From assembly GCA_030390025.1 (NCBI GenBank), contig CM059432.1, positions 90,646,001 to 90,710,000 of the forward strand: a stretch of DNA of 64,000 bases, written 5' to 3'. The DNA is from Squalus acanthias. Taxonomy: Eukaryota. Both the position numbers and the translations under genes were made by a program. The notes beneath the pieces are model-generated. The model did not search any database. It saw only the letters and a list, made by a program, of their open reading frames with translations, and was not told where the DNA came from. Of the stretch, positions 24,214 through 36,920 are shown piece after piece (the stretch's first letter is position 1; every line of letters starts with the position of its first letter).

Positions 24214-25364
24214 TTGTACGTCTGACCTCCACTTTGTAGCTGTGATCTATCAGATCAGCATGGGTGCAGCTTTTGCTGTTTTACTTTGGGCCTTAGATGA
24301 GGACCAAGATGATCAGCAGCAGCAGCAGGAAGAACACTAGCAGCAGAAGGATCAACAGGAGCAGCAGCAGCCTGCTCCTCACAGACATGCTGCTCCACGG
24401 GAGAGAGGGGATGAGCAGAGAGGTGCAGCTCACAGGAGGCGATACCCCAACACAGGGTGTACAGATCAGCTTCCTGGACATGTCGGAACACCAATGTCTC
24501 AGCGGACTCAGGATCTCGCGTCAGGTAGTGGCAGACATTTGCAGCCTGCTAGAAGAAGACCTGCTCCCAAGTGGACCCGGTGGCCACACTTTACCAGTGG
24601 CTGTCAAAGTGACCACTTCCCTCAACTTCTTTGCTTCTGGCTCCGTCCAGGGATCTGCCAGAGACATTTTCAGGATCTCGCAGTCAGCTGCCAACAAATG
24701 GATAACACAGGTGACTGATGCTATGTTTGCCAGGGCAGGCATTTATGTACACTTTGCCAGCGATGATACCAGGAAAAATGAGCGGACTCTCGGGTTTGCG
24801 GCTCTGGCTGGCTTCCCACAGGTGCAGGGCATCATCGACTGCACGCATGAGGCAAATAAGGCATCCCCAGATCACCCAAAAGTATTCATCATCCACAAGG
24901 GCTTCCACTCAATGTAGAGCTGGTGTGCAACCACAAAAAGATGATAATGCAGGTGTGCGCAAGATTCTCAGGCAGCTGCTATGGTGCTTTTGTCCTGCGC
25001 CAGTCCAGCCTCCCTGATCTATTCGCACCTCGAAGCAAACTTACCGGCTTGGAGATGAGGGATATGCACTTAAAACCCAACCAATGAGGCCCAAGAGCGA
25101 TACAATGAAAGCCATATGACAACCAGATGTGCCATTGAGCAAGCAATCGGCATGCTGCAGATGCACTTCAGGTACCTTGACAGATCTGGAGGTGCCCTTC
25201 AATTTGCACCAGCCAGGGTCTCCAGAATGGACGTGGTGTGCTGCGCTCTACACAACATTGCACGGCAGCGAGGTTTGGACCTCCAGGAGGAACAAAGTGC
25301 AGTGAACAGAGCCAATTCACCAGCAGCGGTGCACATTGCTGCCCAGCTGCTCTTATAATGGCGA

Positions 25365-25446
25365 GGTTCTGATAGTTTCCACCAGTTCACCCATCTGGCA
25401 GCCACGGTTCTGATAGTTTCCACCAGTTCACCCATCTGGCAGCCAC
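25365..25446. repeat. Exact 41-bp tandem duplication
   Basis: ggttctgatagtttccaccagttcacccatctggcagccac x2. Confidence 0.92.
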
Positions 25447-25631
25447 ATGCTAAACCCACTTCCACCCCGTCTCCCCCCCCCCCCCACTGCCTTCCACCAC
25501 AGTCCTGCAATCAACCAAACATCCCTTTCGCAGCCACCCAATTCTTCTCTTACCATTCATCACAAGTGAAAAGGCCACTTGCTAGGCAGCAGCCAAATAT
25601 GGGCACCACAGGAAAGCGGTGTAAACAAATA

Positions 25632-26361
25632 AGGGGTAAAATTGGGTTGCTTTGCGCCTCCCGTGGGGCGCTAATGGGACGCAAAGCACCTAGTGCCCAG
25701 GCGTGGCACCGCTGATGCCTCCGTGAAATTCAGCGGGAGGTTAGTGGCGGCGGTAGTCGGTAGTGCCCCTTGGCGCTGCGCCTCCGGCGATGACATCATT
25801 GCCATGCGCAACGCCCTGCTCACGCCCCGGCTGCAAACTTCGGTCGCACCCCCTGACCTACCGCCAGATGATATGTCCGACAGGGTCAGGGTGGTGTTTT
25901 TGCGGCCGTCGTGGCGCTAACTAAAGGGCAGGTGCCTGGTGGCCTTTTTTTGGGCCGTCTGCCAGCACCTGCCCCCTTTTACCTCTTCATGCGGGGTGCC
26001 GGCCGCGATCGGTCAGCCCGGCACTCCTCTTGAGTGCCGTGCTCTTTTCCCGGCACCCTGCTCCCCAGTGGTCCAGCAGGGCCCCGGTACGCGCTAGGCC
26101 CCTCCCCTTTAATCAGGGGAGGGAGGCCTGTAGTACCACGGCACTACGTGCCGGCGCGCCTGGTGCTGTTGCACGTAGCGGCATGATATTGAATGGTAGT
26201 GCCCCAGAAGGGAGGGGATATGCTTCCAGTAACGCCCCGCCTCCTGCTTGGGGCGCTACCACTCAATTTACGGCGCGGGTGTGCTAACTTTTTTGGTGCA
26301 CTAAAAGTAGTGCCCCGGCGAAGTTAGCGCCCCAAAGGGGGCGCGACCCAATTTTTTCCCC
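25632..26361. mobile_element. GC-rich Harbinger-type MITE nested between the two convergent Harbinger genes
   Basis: TIR AGGGGTAAAATTGGGT / ACCCAATTTTTTCCCC; imperfect TSD ata/atg; homologous to 14593-14910 and 47882-48439. Confidence 0.82.
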
Positions 26362-27182
26362 ATGATATTTATGTGGCTCAAAAACAAAACAGAAACTTAA
26401 CAATCTACCATTGTGTAACACATCTGTGTGTATACACTTGTGCAAGTACAGATTATTATTCTACTTCTTCCTAGCACTTGTACGTGGTGCAAACCCTGTG
26501 GCTTCAGCCAAGGTAGAGGCAGGCTGCTCAGATCTCTGCTCTGACTGCTGAGATGCTCTTGCCTGACATACTCTAGGTTTTGGAGACGGTAGGACCCCTC
26601 CAAAGACTGCTCCACCTGCAGGGGCAGGCTCAGCCATCGGGACACGAGGCAGCATGTGGGGTACTGACTGTGGGGGGTGGGGGCGAGCACAGCAACGGGT
26701 GAGAAGTGGAAACACTTTGAGCCGAGTCCCCACTTCCATGTCCCCTTTCACCATCATCCCTCTCATGGCCCACCCGCACCTCCCTGTTAGCAATGAGCTG
26801 GAGAGCACTTTGATGCAGATCAGTGGGGTGATGAATGACCAAGGCTAGGGTTTCATCAATCCTATTTAAAGTGGCATTCATAGTGTGCAAGCCAATGGTG
26901 AGGGCCTGCATGCACTTGTTTGATTGCCGCGTTTGTTGCTCCATGCAGGTGGCCACTGTTTCCATGGACGAAAACACCATTGCAAAGGCCTGCGACATCA
27001 TGCCACTCATGCGTGAGGCGGACTCCTCCACTCCCTCTGCAAGCGTGCACATTGCGGCAGGAAAGCCTGCCAGTACATCGCTCATTTTTTGCTGCTGCTC
27101 CAGAAGTATCTTCTTTGTTGACGGCCTCCGAGGTTCAGCATCTGCATCCAGCTGAGCAGAGCTCATGACCCCTATGCCTGCA

Positions 27183-27520
27183 ACGGTTCAAGAAGGCGGC
27201 TCACCACCACCTTCTCAAAGGCAATTAGCGATGGGCAATAAATGCTGGCCTTGCCAGCGACGCCCACGAGGTGATAGTGCGCCACCTTCTTGAACCACTG
27301 CTGTCCTTCTGGTGAAGGTTCTCTAACAATGGTGTTTGGTAGGGAATTCCAGTACTTTGATCCAGCAATGACAAAGGAATGGCGGTATATATCCAAGTCA
27401 AGATGATGTGTGGCTTGGAGAGAAACTTGGAAGCGATAGTGTTCCCATGATATTGCTACATCTGTCCTTCTCTGGAGTAGGGCTCACAGGTCGAGGGGTG
27501 CTGTTGAAGTAATTCTGGTG
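27183..27520. mobile_element. Two tail-to-tail 3' fragments of the 950-4333 LINE family
   Basis: 27183-27268 matches the 4225-4306 tail on +; ~27270-27520 matches the 4060-4250 region on -. Confidence 0.75.
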
Positions 27521-28816
27521 AGTTTGGGCATGCTGTGGGACAGAAGAGGAAAAATGTTGCCAACATGTCATTACAATTTGGTGCCATTCAATCTTCACTG
27601 TCATGCACTTGCTGTTCCATGCATACTTTAGTGTCAAGAAAATGCATTACTAAATGGGATACAAAGTAAAGGAAGGATACATGTAATACAAACCCTGAGT
27701 TGGGGGCAGGCCTCCTGCTTCCTCATATCCTGCTTCCTCTTCAAAGTTCCATCCCTGTATTTGGAGGGCCTGCTCAAAAATGGGGAGAGGATGAAGCTTG
27801 GCCAGACCTCCTTACATTGTCACCCTCTTCCTTTTGTTATGCTTGATGCATCATCTCTTTGGAAGAAATGGCAGTTGGGGAGTTTCCCAAGTCAAAAGCC
27901 TTTCATATGAGAGTTAACTATTGCCTGATATTTGAATCTTGTGAGTAAACTTATCTCATAACAACCTTAACCTATATGTTCATGTAATGTTAGGTATCTT
28001 GCATTTAAAACTGTTACTTTGCTTGTCCTTATTTTAGCACAAAGTGTTAGGGAACCACAAGCTTTGGTTGTGTATCTTGAATTATGTGCGGATAAGAACC
28101 TGTTCCTTTTTGACTCCATCACCAGTAATCTTCACGGGGATTATCCAGATCGTCACTAGCTTTGGCAGGAGGTCAGTGGAAACCCCAAAGCAATGGCATA
28201 AACAGCTGTTCCCCGGGGTTTCTGCCAATCTTTTGCCGATGTTACGGTGGGAGTTCAGGGGACTCCCGTGGAAATTCTACCCCCATCAGTCATTTTTGCG
28301 AAGGTGGTTTTCACCAAGTATTATTGTCTTGATCTGACAAGTTAGGATGACCAGCCAGCCCGAACAATTAGATCTTCAAACTTTCATTGCCAGTTTTTGC
28401 ACTACTTTGTGCATCCCTATTTCTTTGTGGAGGTAGAATGAATGAGGAAGAAAGTTATATTACTTACCACAGGTAGGGGCTTTCTCATTTGAAAGAACTT
28501 CAGACCACAGTTGCATTGCATTCGCACCACCCTTTCACTTAGAGTTGCTTTTGTTTATCTGTGTTGCTTTACTTTTTTTGGACTTAAAGGAGCTTCTTCC
28601 AGTCAAAGAACTAAGTGCATGGTGTGGGACAAAGCATATTCTACATTGAGTTGGAGAAAATCACTAGAGTGAAGTGGTGTAGCACAGAGGCACAAATTTC
28701 TTGAAGGTGATGCCCCTCCCTATGGGAGGATGACAGTTACAGTTTGTACGTGAAAGTTTTTGGCTCCCAGCAGGACACAACTTAAAGCCTAATGCATTTA
28801 ATGAATAAAAGCTTAT

Positions 28817-29709
28817 GGGGGAAAAATTCAGTTGGTTTGCGCCTCCCGTTAGCGTCTTAAGAGGGCGCTAAAGGGGCGCAAAGCAACTAGCGCCCGTGCG
28901 CGGCGATGTTTGCGCCGCTCACGAAATTAACTATACATTTTGCGGCGGCGCTAAACACTACCGCCACGATCTCCTGCGCCGGCAGATCGTGACGTCAGTC
29001 GAGTGCGCAACGCCCCGATAGCGCCCCGGACCGGATATTGAGTGGCGCCCCCTGCCTTACCGCCTGCCGCTTGCAACGACAGATTGAGGGGAGCGTTTTG
29101 CAGTCAGAAAGGGACTGGGGGAACGCTATTTAAAGGTGACCGCTTCCTGACTTTTTTTGTTGGTGACATTTTTGCACCACACATTCTGAGAGAGAGAGAG
29201 AGAGACTTCTGGAGAGATTCAACGCTGTGTGAAGGAGTTTTGGGTACTGAGCAGCACTTTGCAGGTTCATTTTGATTTGCCCTTCCTTGTATCGATTTAG
29301 AAGAGACTGTGGGGGCTGCACTCTCAGCTCTTTCCCTGGGCCTCTCCATTGTTCTTTCCAGCAGATTTGATATACAGGTCTCTCCAGGCCGAGATTCAAG
29401 GCTGCAATGAGCAGGATGTGGATGGAAAGCAAGATCAACCCTCCCCTTTAAGAACTGCCCGGCGCCATTGTGTCTGTGTTCCATTGCTGACTGACATCAC
29501 ATGAGCTTCGCCAGCGCTCTGAGGTAGTGCCTCGCTCATCGGCCTTTGCGCCTTAAGACAGTTGTGAAGCGACTGATTTAGCGCTCCAATCACCTCCAGG
29601 GGCGATAAAAGCCAAGTTTGCAGTCGGAGGCGATAATTAGCGCCAGGCGCTAATCTTTGACCCGGCCGATAATTGCGCCCCAAATGGGGCGATACTGAAT
29701 TTCTGCCCC
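28817..29709. mobile_element. Harbinger-type MITE (~890 bp)
   Basis: TIR GGGGGAAAAATTCAGT / ACTGAATTTCTGCCCC; TAT TSD; near-identical inverted copy at 34218-35112. Confidence 0.92.
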
Positions 29710-31879
29710 TATATGTCAAATAAAGCCACTTCTCGCCTGCCTGCTCTCCTCCCCAGCCATATTCTTTACTGTAAAAACTGCAGAAGTCTCTTTTTCTTTT
29801 GCCATCATCTAGGTCCAAGAAGTAAGCAGCAAACATAGAAATGAATTTTGAACTCTGTGGTCAAATAGTGTACAGAAACATTCATCAAAAGGTATCAATA
29901 AAAAAACATTCACTATGTATTGTTACATTTTACCACCATGTCTTCCCTTTGTGCCAGCTAACTTGCTTACTGTAGCTTCTAATCTACTACTCCTATGAGG
30001 TGCTCCCTGAGTGTGACAAGGTTGAGCAGTGGGTGACTGGGAAGATTTCCCTGGATCCTTAGAGTACTAAGGTGACTCTCGTCTCAGTGAAGCTGCTGTC
30101 CCAGAGGGTCCAACTTCTGGCAGTCTTACTCTTTCAGTGTGAAGCTTCCTCCTGTGCAAGCATTGGAGGCAGCCTTATAGAAGCAGGTTAACTGCTACTC
30201 TGCAGAAAGACGGTGACATCTGTGACCACTTCTTGCAGTCCACTGGTGCTAGGTATGGACTTGGAGATCCTATTGGTTGGTATCATTACAGACCAAATAA
30301 TCCCAATCAACTCTCCAATTTTATTGGCTTTTTTCACCAAACCATTATACAACAAAGCTGTGATGAAATATTTGAATCAGTTCCATTCCTTGTACCTGTC
30401 TCGTGGACTCTTTATTTCTTAAATATTTTTTAAGGTAAAACTTAAGCTTCCTGTGCTCAAGCTGAACAAGGTCAGTAATGGGCAGAAGTTGTAACTTGAC
30501 TTGCCAGCAGCAAATGGAAGTTGGAAATTTGAATAATGGTGTCATGCTGAGAATAGCAATATTAGTATCAGGCTGAAACAGGAGCATGTCAGGCACTTGC
30601 TAGTCTACGGGTAGCACAAAAAGGTATGTTCAGATTGCTTACTCGTGTCATTTAATAAGCATTGCAAGAACATGAAAGGCTGATGAAAAAAGTTACATTT
30701 GCACAGCTTGCTATAGGAAGAGAAACTCAATCAGACTAGATAATTTAAGAATCAAAAATTCATACTGTAGGTTTGTGGTCTACTTTAACCACTGATGTCA
30801 GTGTTATTGGAAGAAGACTTGAGATTATGGACCCTGCAACAGCCTAATTGACGAATGGTCCACTATTCTTTCGGGAACACACATTCATACATTCTCACCA
30901 TTTCTTCTGATTTTCAGAATTCTCTAAAAACTGAGATTGGAGGGCACAAGAAGGATTTCAAATCTTTATTCTCCAACATTCTATGATGTATTATAAACAA
31001 TCTATTATTACTTCCTTATAATCACATGCTATCTCATTTGGAGAATCAAATCCTTAATCTAGGCCAGCAGCTTCTCTCTAAGAGGCTGGCTGTCAAAAAT
31101 AAATCATTGCTAGCCAATGTAAGACGTTTTAATTCACCCTTGTCCTTTAACCCGTCCAACAGTTTCCAAAGTCCAGACCTGTTGAACAGACAACACAAAA
31201 CCCAAGGATTCAGGAATAAATTCCTTAACTTAAAATCAGCAAGAGGTTACAAACAAGCTCACACAAACTGCTGCATATAATACTCCCGATTATATCTAAG
31301 CATACACAGGTTTATTCCCTTGGAGAATACTTCCTGGACAGTTTATTCCCTTACTTTAAGATCAAGCGATAATAAGCCAACCCTACATACGTACTAACAC
31401 CAGTGAGTGGTCAATTCGGTGATGACTAGACGTACGACTTTAACTGGCAACTGACCAAGTTGCCCCCAACTGCAGCAGCCCTGAGTGTCTTTTAACCGCA
31501 TCTTTTATACTTTAAAACTTAGCAACCCTCCCACTGTGTACATGTCTCTAACTATACGGACAATGGTCATCAGTTGTTTTTCAGTTCTTCTTATCAATAG
31601 TTCATTAAGCATCTGTGGGCCTTCAAGGCTGGTTACATTCCATAACCTGAAGATGTTTCTGTTTTTGCACTGATTCAACAGCTCAATAGTCTGTTCCCAC
31701 AGAACTTTCAAAGTCTGTTTTCCTTATCTGTTGAAAGACATTGGCAGCTTACAACCGTAGCATCTCAGCAACCAGTCTCTTGGCCTCGCGAAGCATGATG
31801 GTACATAAAATGTGGTCAACTTTTAAGTTTGGTCAAGTTACAGCAAAATTTACAGCAAATAGTGCCCATATGTATTTCT

Positions 31880-31998
31880 TCACTTCACCTGACGAAGGAG
31901 CAGCGCTCCGAAAGCTTGTGATTTCAAATAAAGCTGTTGGACTATAACCTGGTGTTGTGCGACTTCTCACTTTTGTCCAACACCGGCATCTCCGCATC
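31880..31998 (+). mobile_element. Penelope-like element terminal repeat fragment
   Basis: Hammerhead-like motif followed by aataaa and ggactataacctggtgttgtg...caacaccggcatctcc. Confidence 0.6.
31885..31921 (+). ncRNA. Minimal type I hammerhead ribozyme motif
   Basis: TCAC-CTGACGA-A-GGAGC-AGC-GCTCC-GAAA-GCT-T-GTGA: stem I, core, stem II, GAAA, palindromic AAGCTT stem III. Confidence 0.65.
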
Positions 31999-32134
31999 AT
32001 AAATAAATTTGGTAATTTATGCGCTAACACCTGAAAAAAATGACCGTGTACACTGCTGGATTGTTGTAAAAACCCAGCTGGTTCACTAATGTCAATCAAG
32101 AACTTGCCACCCCTACTTGGCAGTCCCACACAAT

Positions 32135-33939
32135 GGCCGCAAATTTCCCAGCGGTGGCGGGAGAGCTGGTTTCCGGGTTCCAGTTACAAACCTGGCTGCA
32201 GCCGCTCTATAAACGGGATTTTCCCTTGATTGGCCATGTTAAGCCCACCCTACGGGCTTCCCGGCCAATTAACAGGAAGCGGGTCTGATGACGTCATTTG
32301 ATGACGCATCATCAGCTGGTTTCCTTAAAGGGACCACGTCCACATGGAGTTTGACAGTTGTTCTGTCAGTGTTTGACAGCATTGAAGTGCTGCAAACACT
32401 GACAAGCACTGCACAAAGGTGGACGCTTGCACCCAGGCTCTCCAATGACTCCCTCCATATGCTTATGATTTTGTCTCATGGCAAGTTGTGAAAGTGAATT
32501 AAATAAATTTGGTAATTTATGGGCTAATACCAACGCAGCCTGGTTGCACATTGCACAGGAGGACACATGCAGGGATGTCGTCAGGGGTCCCTGGCTGCAG
32601 TGGCGCCAACCTTTCAATGATCTCAGTGGATCACAAAAGGTTCCTGCAATGCCACACTCAAACTCACCCAGCTGTGCTAATCAACACATCCCCTTCACTC
32701 TGCCTTCCATACCCTTCTCCTGCACATCCTTACTCACACCAACTTTCCTTGCACTTCCACCCAACCCTCTCTCTCTCTACTTTATCACTTCCCCATCTCA
32801 CTAGCCACCCCTCACACTTACCCTCATCCTACTACAAGCATAGCAACTAACAACACACAAGGGTAGGCACTTGAGAGGTTTAGCCAATGTCCATGTGAAG
32901 TTTCTGGTAATGTGCTGTCATACAGTGAAATCTATTTTTCCAAAACTGCCCCTTATTGGACAGATCTGAATGCACCTTGAGAAGTGTCTTACTGAGTTCC
33001 AGTGAATGTTGAGACATAACTTCCCCTCCCCTCCCCCCCCCCCCCCCCCCCCACCCCCGCTATAGTGATGAGTGTGCATGGAATGGCTTGGACATTAAAG
33101 GGATGCTTTAAGGTGCTGGTGTGGGATGGTGGCAACCTGGCGCATCATGTGGCAGCCAGGGTTAACAGCGTCAAGTGAAGTAAATCTGGCCATGGTGATG
33201 CCATTGCTGGCCTCCCTGGGCAGCAATGTTGTCAGGGGATGATGCCCTGTGTCCAGTGCAGCATCAGGTGATGGCGAGAAGGTTGGTGATGTTGTTGGTG
33301 ATGTTGGTGTGCCTGGTGATGTTGGTGTTGGGGCTGATCGTGGAAGGATTCAGAGGACCAAGGTCTGATTGTTTCAATGGCTCCGATGTTGCTGGAATAG
33401 ATGGCAGCTGCAGGTGAGATGACAGAAGCAATCTGTCAATGGTGAGAGAGGTTCTCCCAATGAGGTGGCACTGGACATACAGTTGGGTCTAAAAACTTGT
33501 AAGCTAATGAAATCTCTGTATGTATTAAAAATGCAGTAACCAACATTTTTTGCACTCTGAAACTCACCATCTGCAACATGACATCCTTTACACCACTTCT
33601 GCAGCTGTCAGCTTATCAGAAACATCAGAGCAGACTCAAAACACAGCAGCTTGAGCTGGCGTGTTCCCCAAGAACAGCGGGTAACCTGTGGGGGAGAACA
33701 TAAAATTGCAAGGGAGCCTCAAAATAGTCTTAAATTGGCTCTCAACAAGCCATTTAACAAGCTCAATTGTATCCCCCACCGCTTGGTGTCGGGTCAGTTC
33801 TCCACTGGCAGACCCGACACCTGGGAGACTCACATGGAGGCGAGTTGACAGCGGGTTTCTTACCCTCTGTCAATCTTTGCTATTTTGACAGCGGACCCGT
33901 CTCCAAACCCGCCCTCTGAGCGCCGGCATATTTGCGGCC
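32135..33939. mobile_element. Internally deleted Harbinger element (Myb exon 1 remnant + at ~32410-32640) inserted into a SINE-like element spanning 32000-34025
   Basis: TIR GGCCGCAAATTTCCCAGCG vs GGCCGCAAATATGCCGGCG; AAT TSD; APRLSNDSLHML and AWLHIAQE...WLQWRQPFNDL motifs. Confidence 0.85.
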
Positions 33940-34217
33940 AATGTGGTTGATTCTTACTGCCTTCAAGACAACTAGGGATGGGCAATACATACTGCTTTGC
34001 CAATGTTGTCCATATCCCATTCCCAAGAAGAAAAGAGGCACAGTAAAGTTTGATGTGGTTGAACCAGATCTATGGATTTTGATGAGATTAGTTACACTGA
34101 CTTTCCATCCCTTTGATTTAAAAGAGTGAATATACTGGGGGAGTTACAGGATTGAGAAACAGCGATTATTTTGCAGGGAGAAAGGGCATGAAAGGTGGAA
34201 GAAAGGGAAGATATAGT

Positions 34218-35112
34218 GGGGGAGAAATTCAGTATCGCCCCATTTGGGGCGCAATTATTGGCCGGGCGCAAAGATTAGCGCCTGACGCTAATTATCGCCA
34301 CCGACTGCAAACTTGACTTTTATCGCCCCTTGAGGTGATTGGAGCACTAAATCAGGCGCTTCACACCTGTCTTAAGGCGCAAAGGCCGAGGAGCGAGGCA
34401 CTACCTCAGAGCGCTGGCGAAGCTCATGTAATGTCAGTCAGCAATGGAACATACACACAATGGCACGGGCCAGTTCTTAAAGGGGATGGTTAATCTTGCT
34501 TTCCATCCACATCCTGCTCATTGCAGCCTTGAATCTCGGCCTGGAGAGACCTGCACATCAAATCTGCTGGAAAGAACAATGGAGAGTACCAGGCAAAGAG
34601 CTGAGAGTGCAGCCTCCACAGTCTCTTCTAAATCGATACAAGGAAGGGCAAATCAAAATGAACCTGCAAAGTGCTGCTGAGTACCCAAAACTTCTTCACA
34701 CAACGTTGAATCTCTCCAGAAGTCTCTCTCTCTCTCTCTCTCAGAATGCGTAGTTAAAAAATGGCACCAACAGTAAAAGGCAGGAAGCGGTCACCTTTAA
34801 ATAGCGCTCCCCCTTTCCCTTCATGACTGCAGAACGCTCACCTCAACCTGTCGTTGCTAGCGTCAGGCGGTAAGGCAGGGGGCGCCACTCAATATCCGCT
34901 CCGGGGCGATACCGGGGCGTTGCGCACTTGACTGACGTCACGATCTGCCGGCGCAGGAGATCGTGGCGGTAGTGTTTAGCGCCGCCGCAAAATGTCTAGT
35001 TAATTTCGCGAGCGGCGCAAACTTCGCCGCGCCTGGGCGCTAGATGCTTTGCGCCCCATTAGCGCCCTCTTAAGGCGCTAACGGGAGGCGCAACCAACTG
35101 AATTTTTCCCCC
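34218..35112. mobile_element. Harbinger-type MITE, inverted copy of 28817-29709
   Basis: TIR GGGGGAGAAATTCAGT / ACTGAATTTTTCCCCC; AGT TSD. Confidence 0.92.
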
Positions 35113-35179
35113 AGTAGGTCAACAGCAGCAGAGCTGTCATGGCAGGGCCAAAGAGAGGGAGTTGGGGGTTCAAAATAAG

Positions 35180-36820
35180 TCTTCGCTTCCTCACTTACAT
35201 GCTACCCCTTGGTAACATCATCCAAAGCCATGGAATCAGATTCCACATGCATGCCAATGACACCCAGCTGTACTTCTCTGAACTGCTTCATTGCTTTTGT
35301 GCTATCAGACTACTTGAACAACATTCAGTTTTGGTTGGGGCATAATTTCCTGAGCTAAACTTTGGGAAGACTGAAGCCAGCATTGTTGGCCTCTGCTATA
35401 AACTCTGTACCCTCACCACTGATTCCATCTGCCTTCCAGGCCACTGTCTCAGGCTGAAAGACTTGGGGCTGGATTTTCACTGACCCGTGAATGTCGGGTT
35501 TGGAGGCGTGTGGGGGGTTAAAGTTGCAGATTCGGGGGTCCCGACCCCATCCCGCCTCCAACCCGCCTCCATGCCAGTTTCGCTGGCGGCGGGTACCCGA
35601 CCTGTGCTGAGACCCGACTCCCCAAGGCGGGAAGGGATTAGTGACAATTAACTGCCTGTTAACAGGTAGTTAACAGGCAGTTTTTTGCCTAATCCCTATT
35701 TTAAAAGGTGAAATGTGGGCTTCCCGACAGGTGGCAACCACACCAAGTTATCGGGGCGGACCGTGGGTCTGCAGGGGTTGGAAGGGTCGATATGTCCGGT
35801 GGGCAGGTGAGTGATGGGTGCATGTGTGCAGAGGTAAGTGTGTAAGGTAAGTGCTAAGTGTGGGAAAAAGTTTTACTTACCTTAACTTCCTCCTGCAGGT
35901 GTCAGCCCTTCAGTTCTCGGGAGTCAGAAATCTCACCGGCACAGAAAGCAGAAAAGCCATGGTCCTGTCAAAAACTGCAGCCTTCTGTTTTCTGTGCTGG
36001 AATGATTTCTAACTCAGCCTGAGAGGAAGGACTCAAGTTAGAAATCATATTGTCAGTGTTTGACAGCTTCACAGAGCTGTCAAACGCTGATATTTCATCT
36101 GTCAAAAGCTCTTGACAGATGAAATGTCAATCTGTGACGTCACCTGTTGCCGGGTGGCCCTTAATTGGCCTGCTGAGCCCACTGGGCGGGCTCAACAAGG
36201 TCAATCAAGGGAAAATACAGTGGGTTGGCCACATCTCGATGGAGGCGGGTTTACAAGCCAAAATGTGGGATTCACGACACCAACCCGACCTGAGTATCAA
36301 AATCCAGCCCATAGTGTCCTATTTGACCCCGAGCTGAGATTCCAAACTTATATTTTCTTTATCACAAAGACCACCTACTTCACTTCTGTTCTTACCTCAG
36401 TCCATCTGCCGCTGAAACTTTCTTTCATGTCTTTGTCACCTCCCGATTTGATTAGTCCAATGTTCTTCTGGCTGGCCATTACCCTCCGTAAACTTAATTT
36501 CTCCCAAAACTCTGCCCTGCATATCCTATCTCACTCCAAATCACAAATGCCCAGCACACCTGTCCTTGATAACATAGATTGAGATAGAAGCCCGTCCTCA
36601 AATACCCCAAATTTAAAATTCTCATTGCGTTTAATGACCTCACCTCCCTATCTCTGTAATCTCCTCTCTCCTTAAACTCCCCATCTCCATACTCTCTGAA
36701 TCCGGCCTCTTGTGCAGCCTTCCTTCCTCCTTCCCTCAGTAACCTCTAGAATACTCTCCCATCCCTAAACTCTTCCTTTTAAATCCTCCTTAAAACCCAC
36801 TTCTTTGACCAAGCTTTTGG
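35180..36820 (+). mobile_element. Old L2-like LINE fragment interrupted by a MITE at 35466-36310
   Basis: FLTYMLPLGNIIQSHGIRFHMHANDTQLY; tail ctttgaccaagcttttgg; MITE TIR GGGCTGGATTTT / AAAATCCAGCCC, no clear TSD. Confidence 0.75.
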
Positions 36821-36920
36821 TATTGGGCCTCGGGCCTCATTTTCATCAGACTTGCTGGGCGTCCGCAGGCAGCTCGCTGGAGAAGAACATTTGAATTTGG
36901 GCTGTTGCGTCGCCGGTAGG

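Larger units (their letters stand above)
23719..27180 (+). mobile_element. Remnant of an autonomous-type PIF/Harbinger element: transposase pseudogene (+, ~24260-25375) converging on the Myb/SANT gene C-terminal exon (-, ~26460-27180)
   Basis: ORF 24297..24917 LPVAVKVTTSLNFFASGS, GFPQVQGIIDCTH, KGFHS; ORF 25116.. TRCAIEQAIGMLQMHFRYL, CCALHNIA; minus ORFs AEGVEESAS and EATGFAPRTSARKK; GGGGGGAATTTT terminus. Confidence 0.9.

Noticed and set aside
24297..24917. Domesticated HARBI1 host gene
   Set aside because: Frameshifts and deletions, flanking terminus and convergent Myb remnant indicate a dead transposon; the same holds for 15020-15640
29104..29484. Duplicated ORF (also 34444-34680) suggesting a small gene family
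   Set aside because: Lies within two copies of one MITE, and a stop differs between the copies
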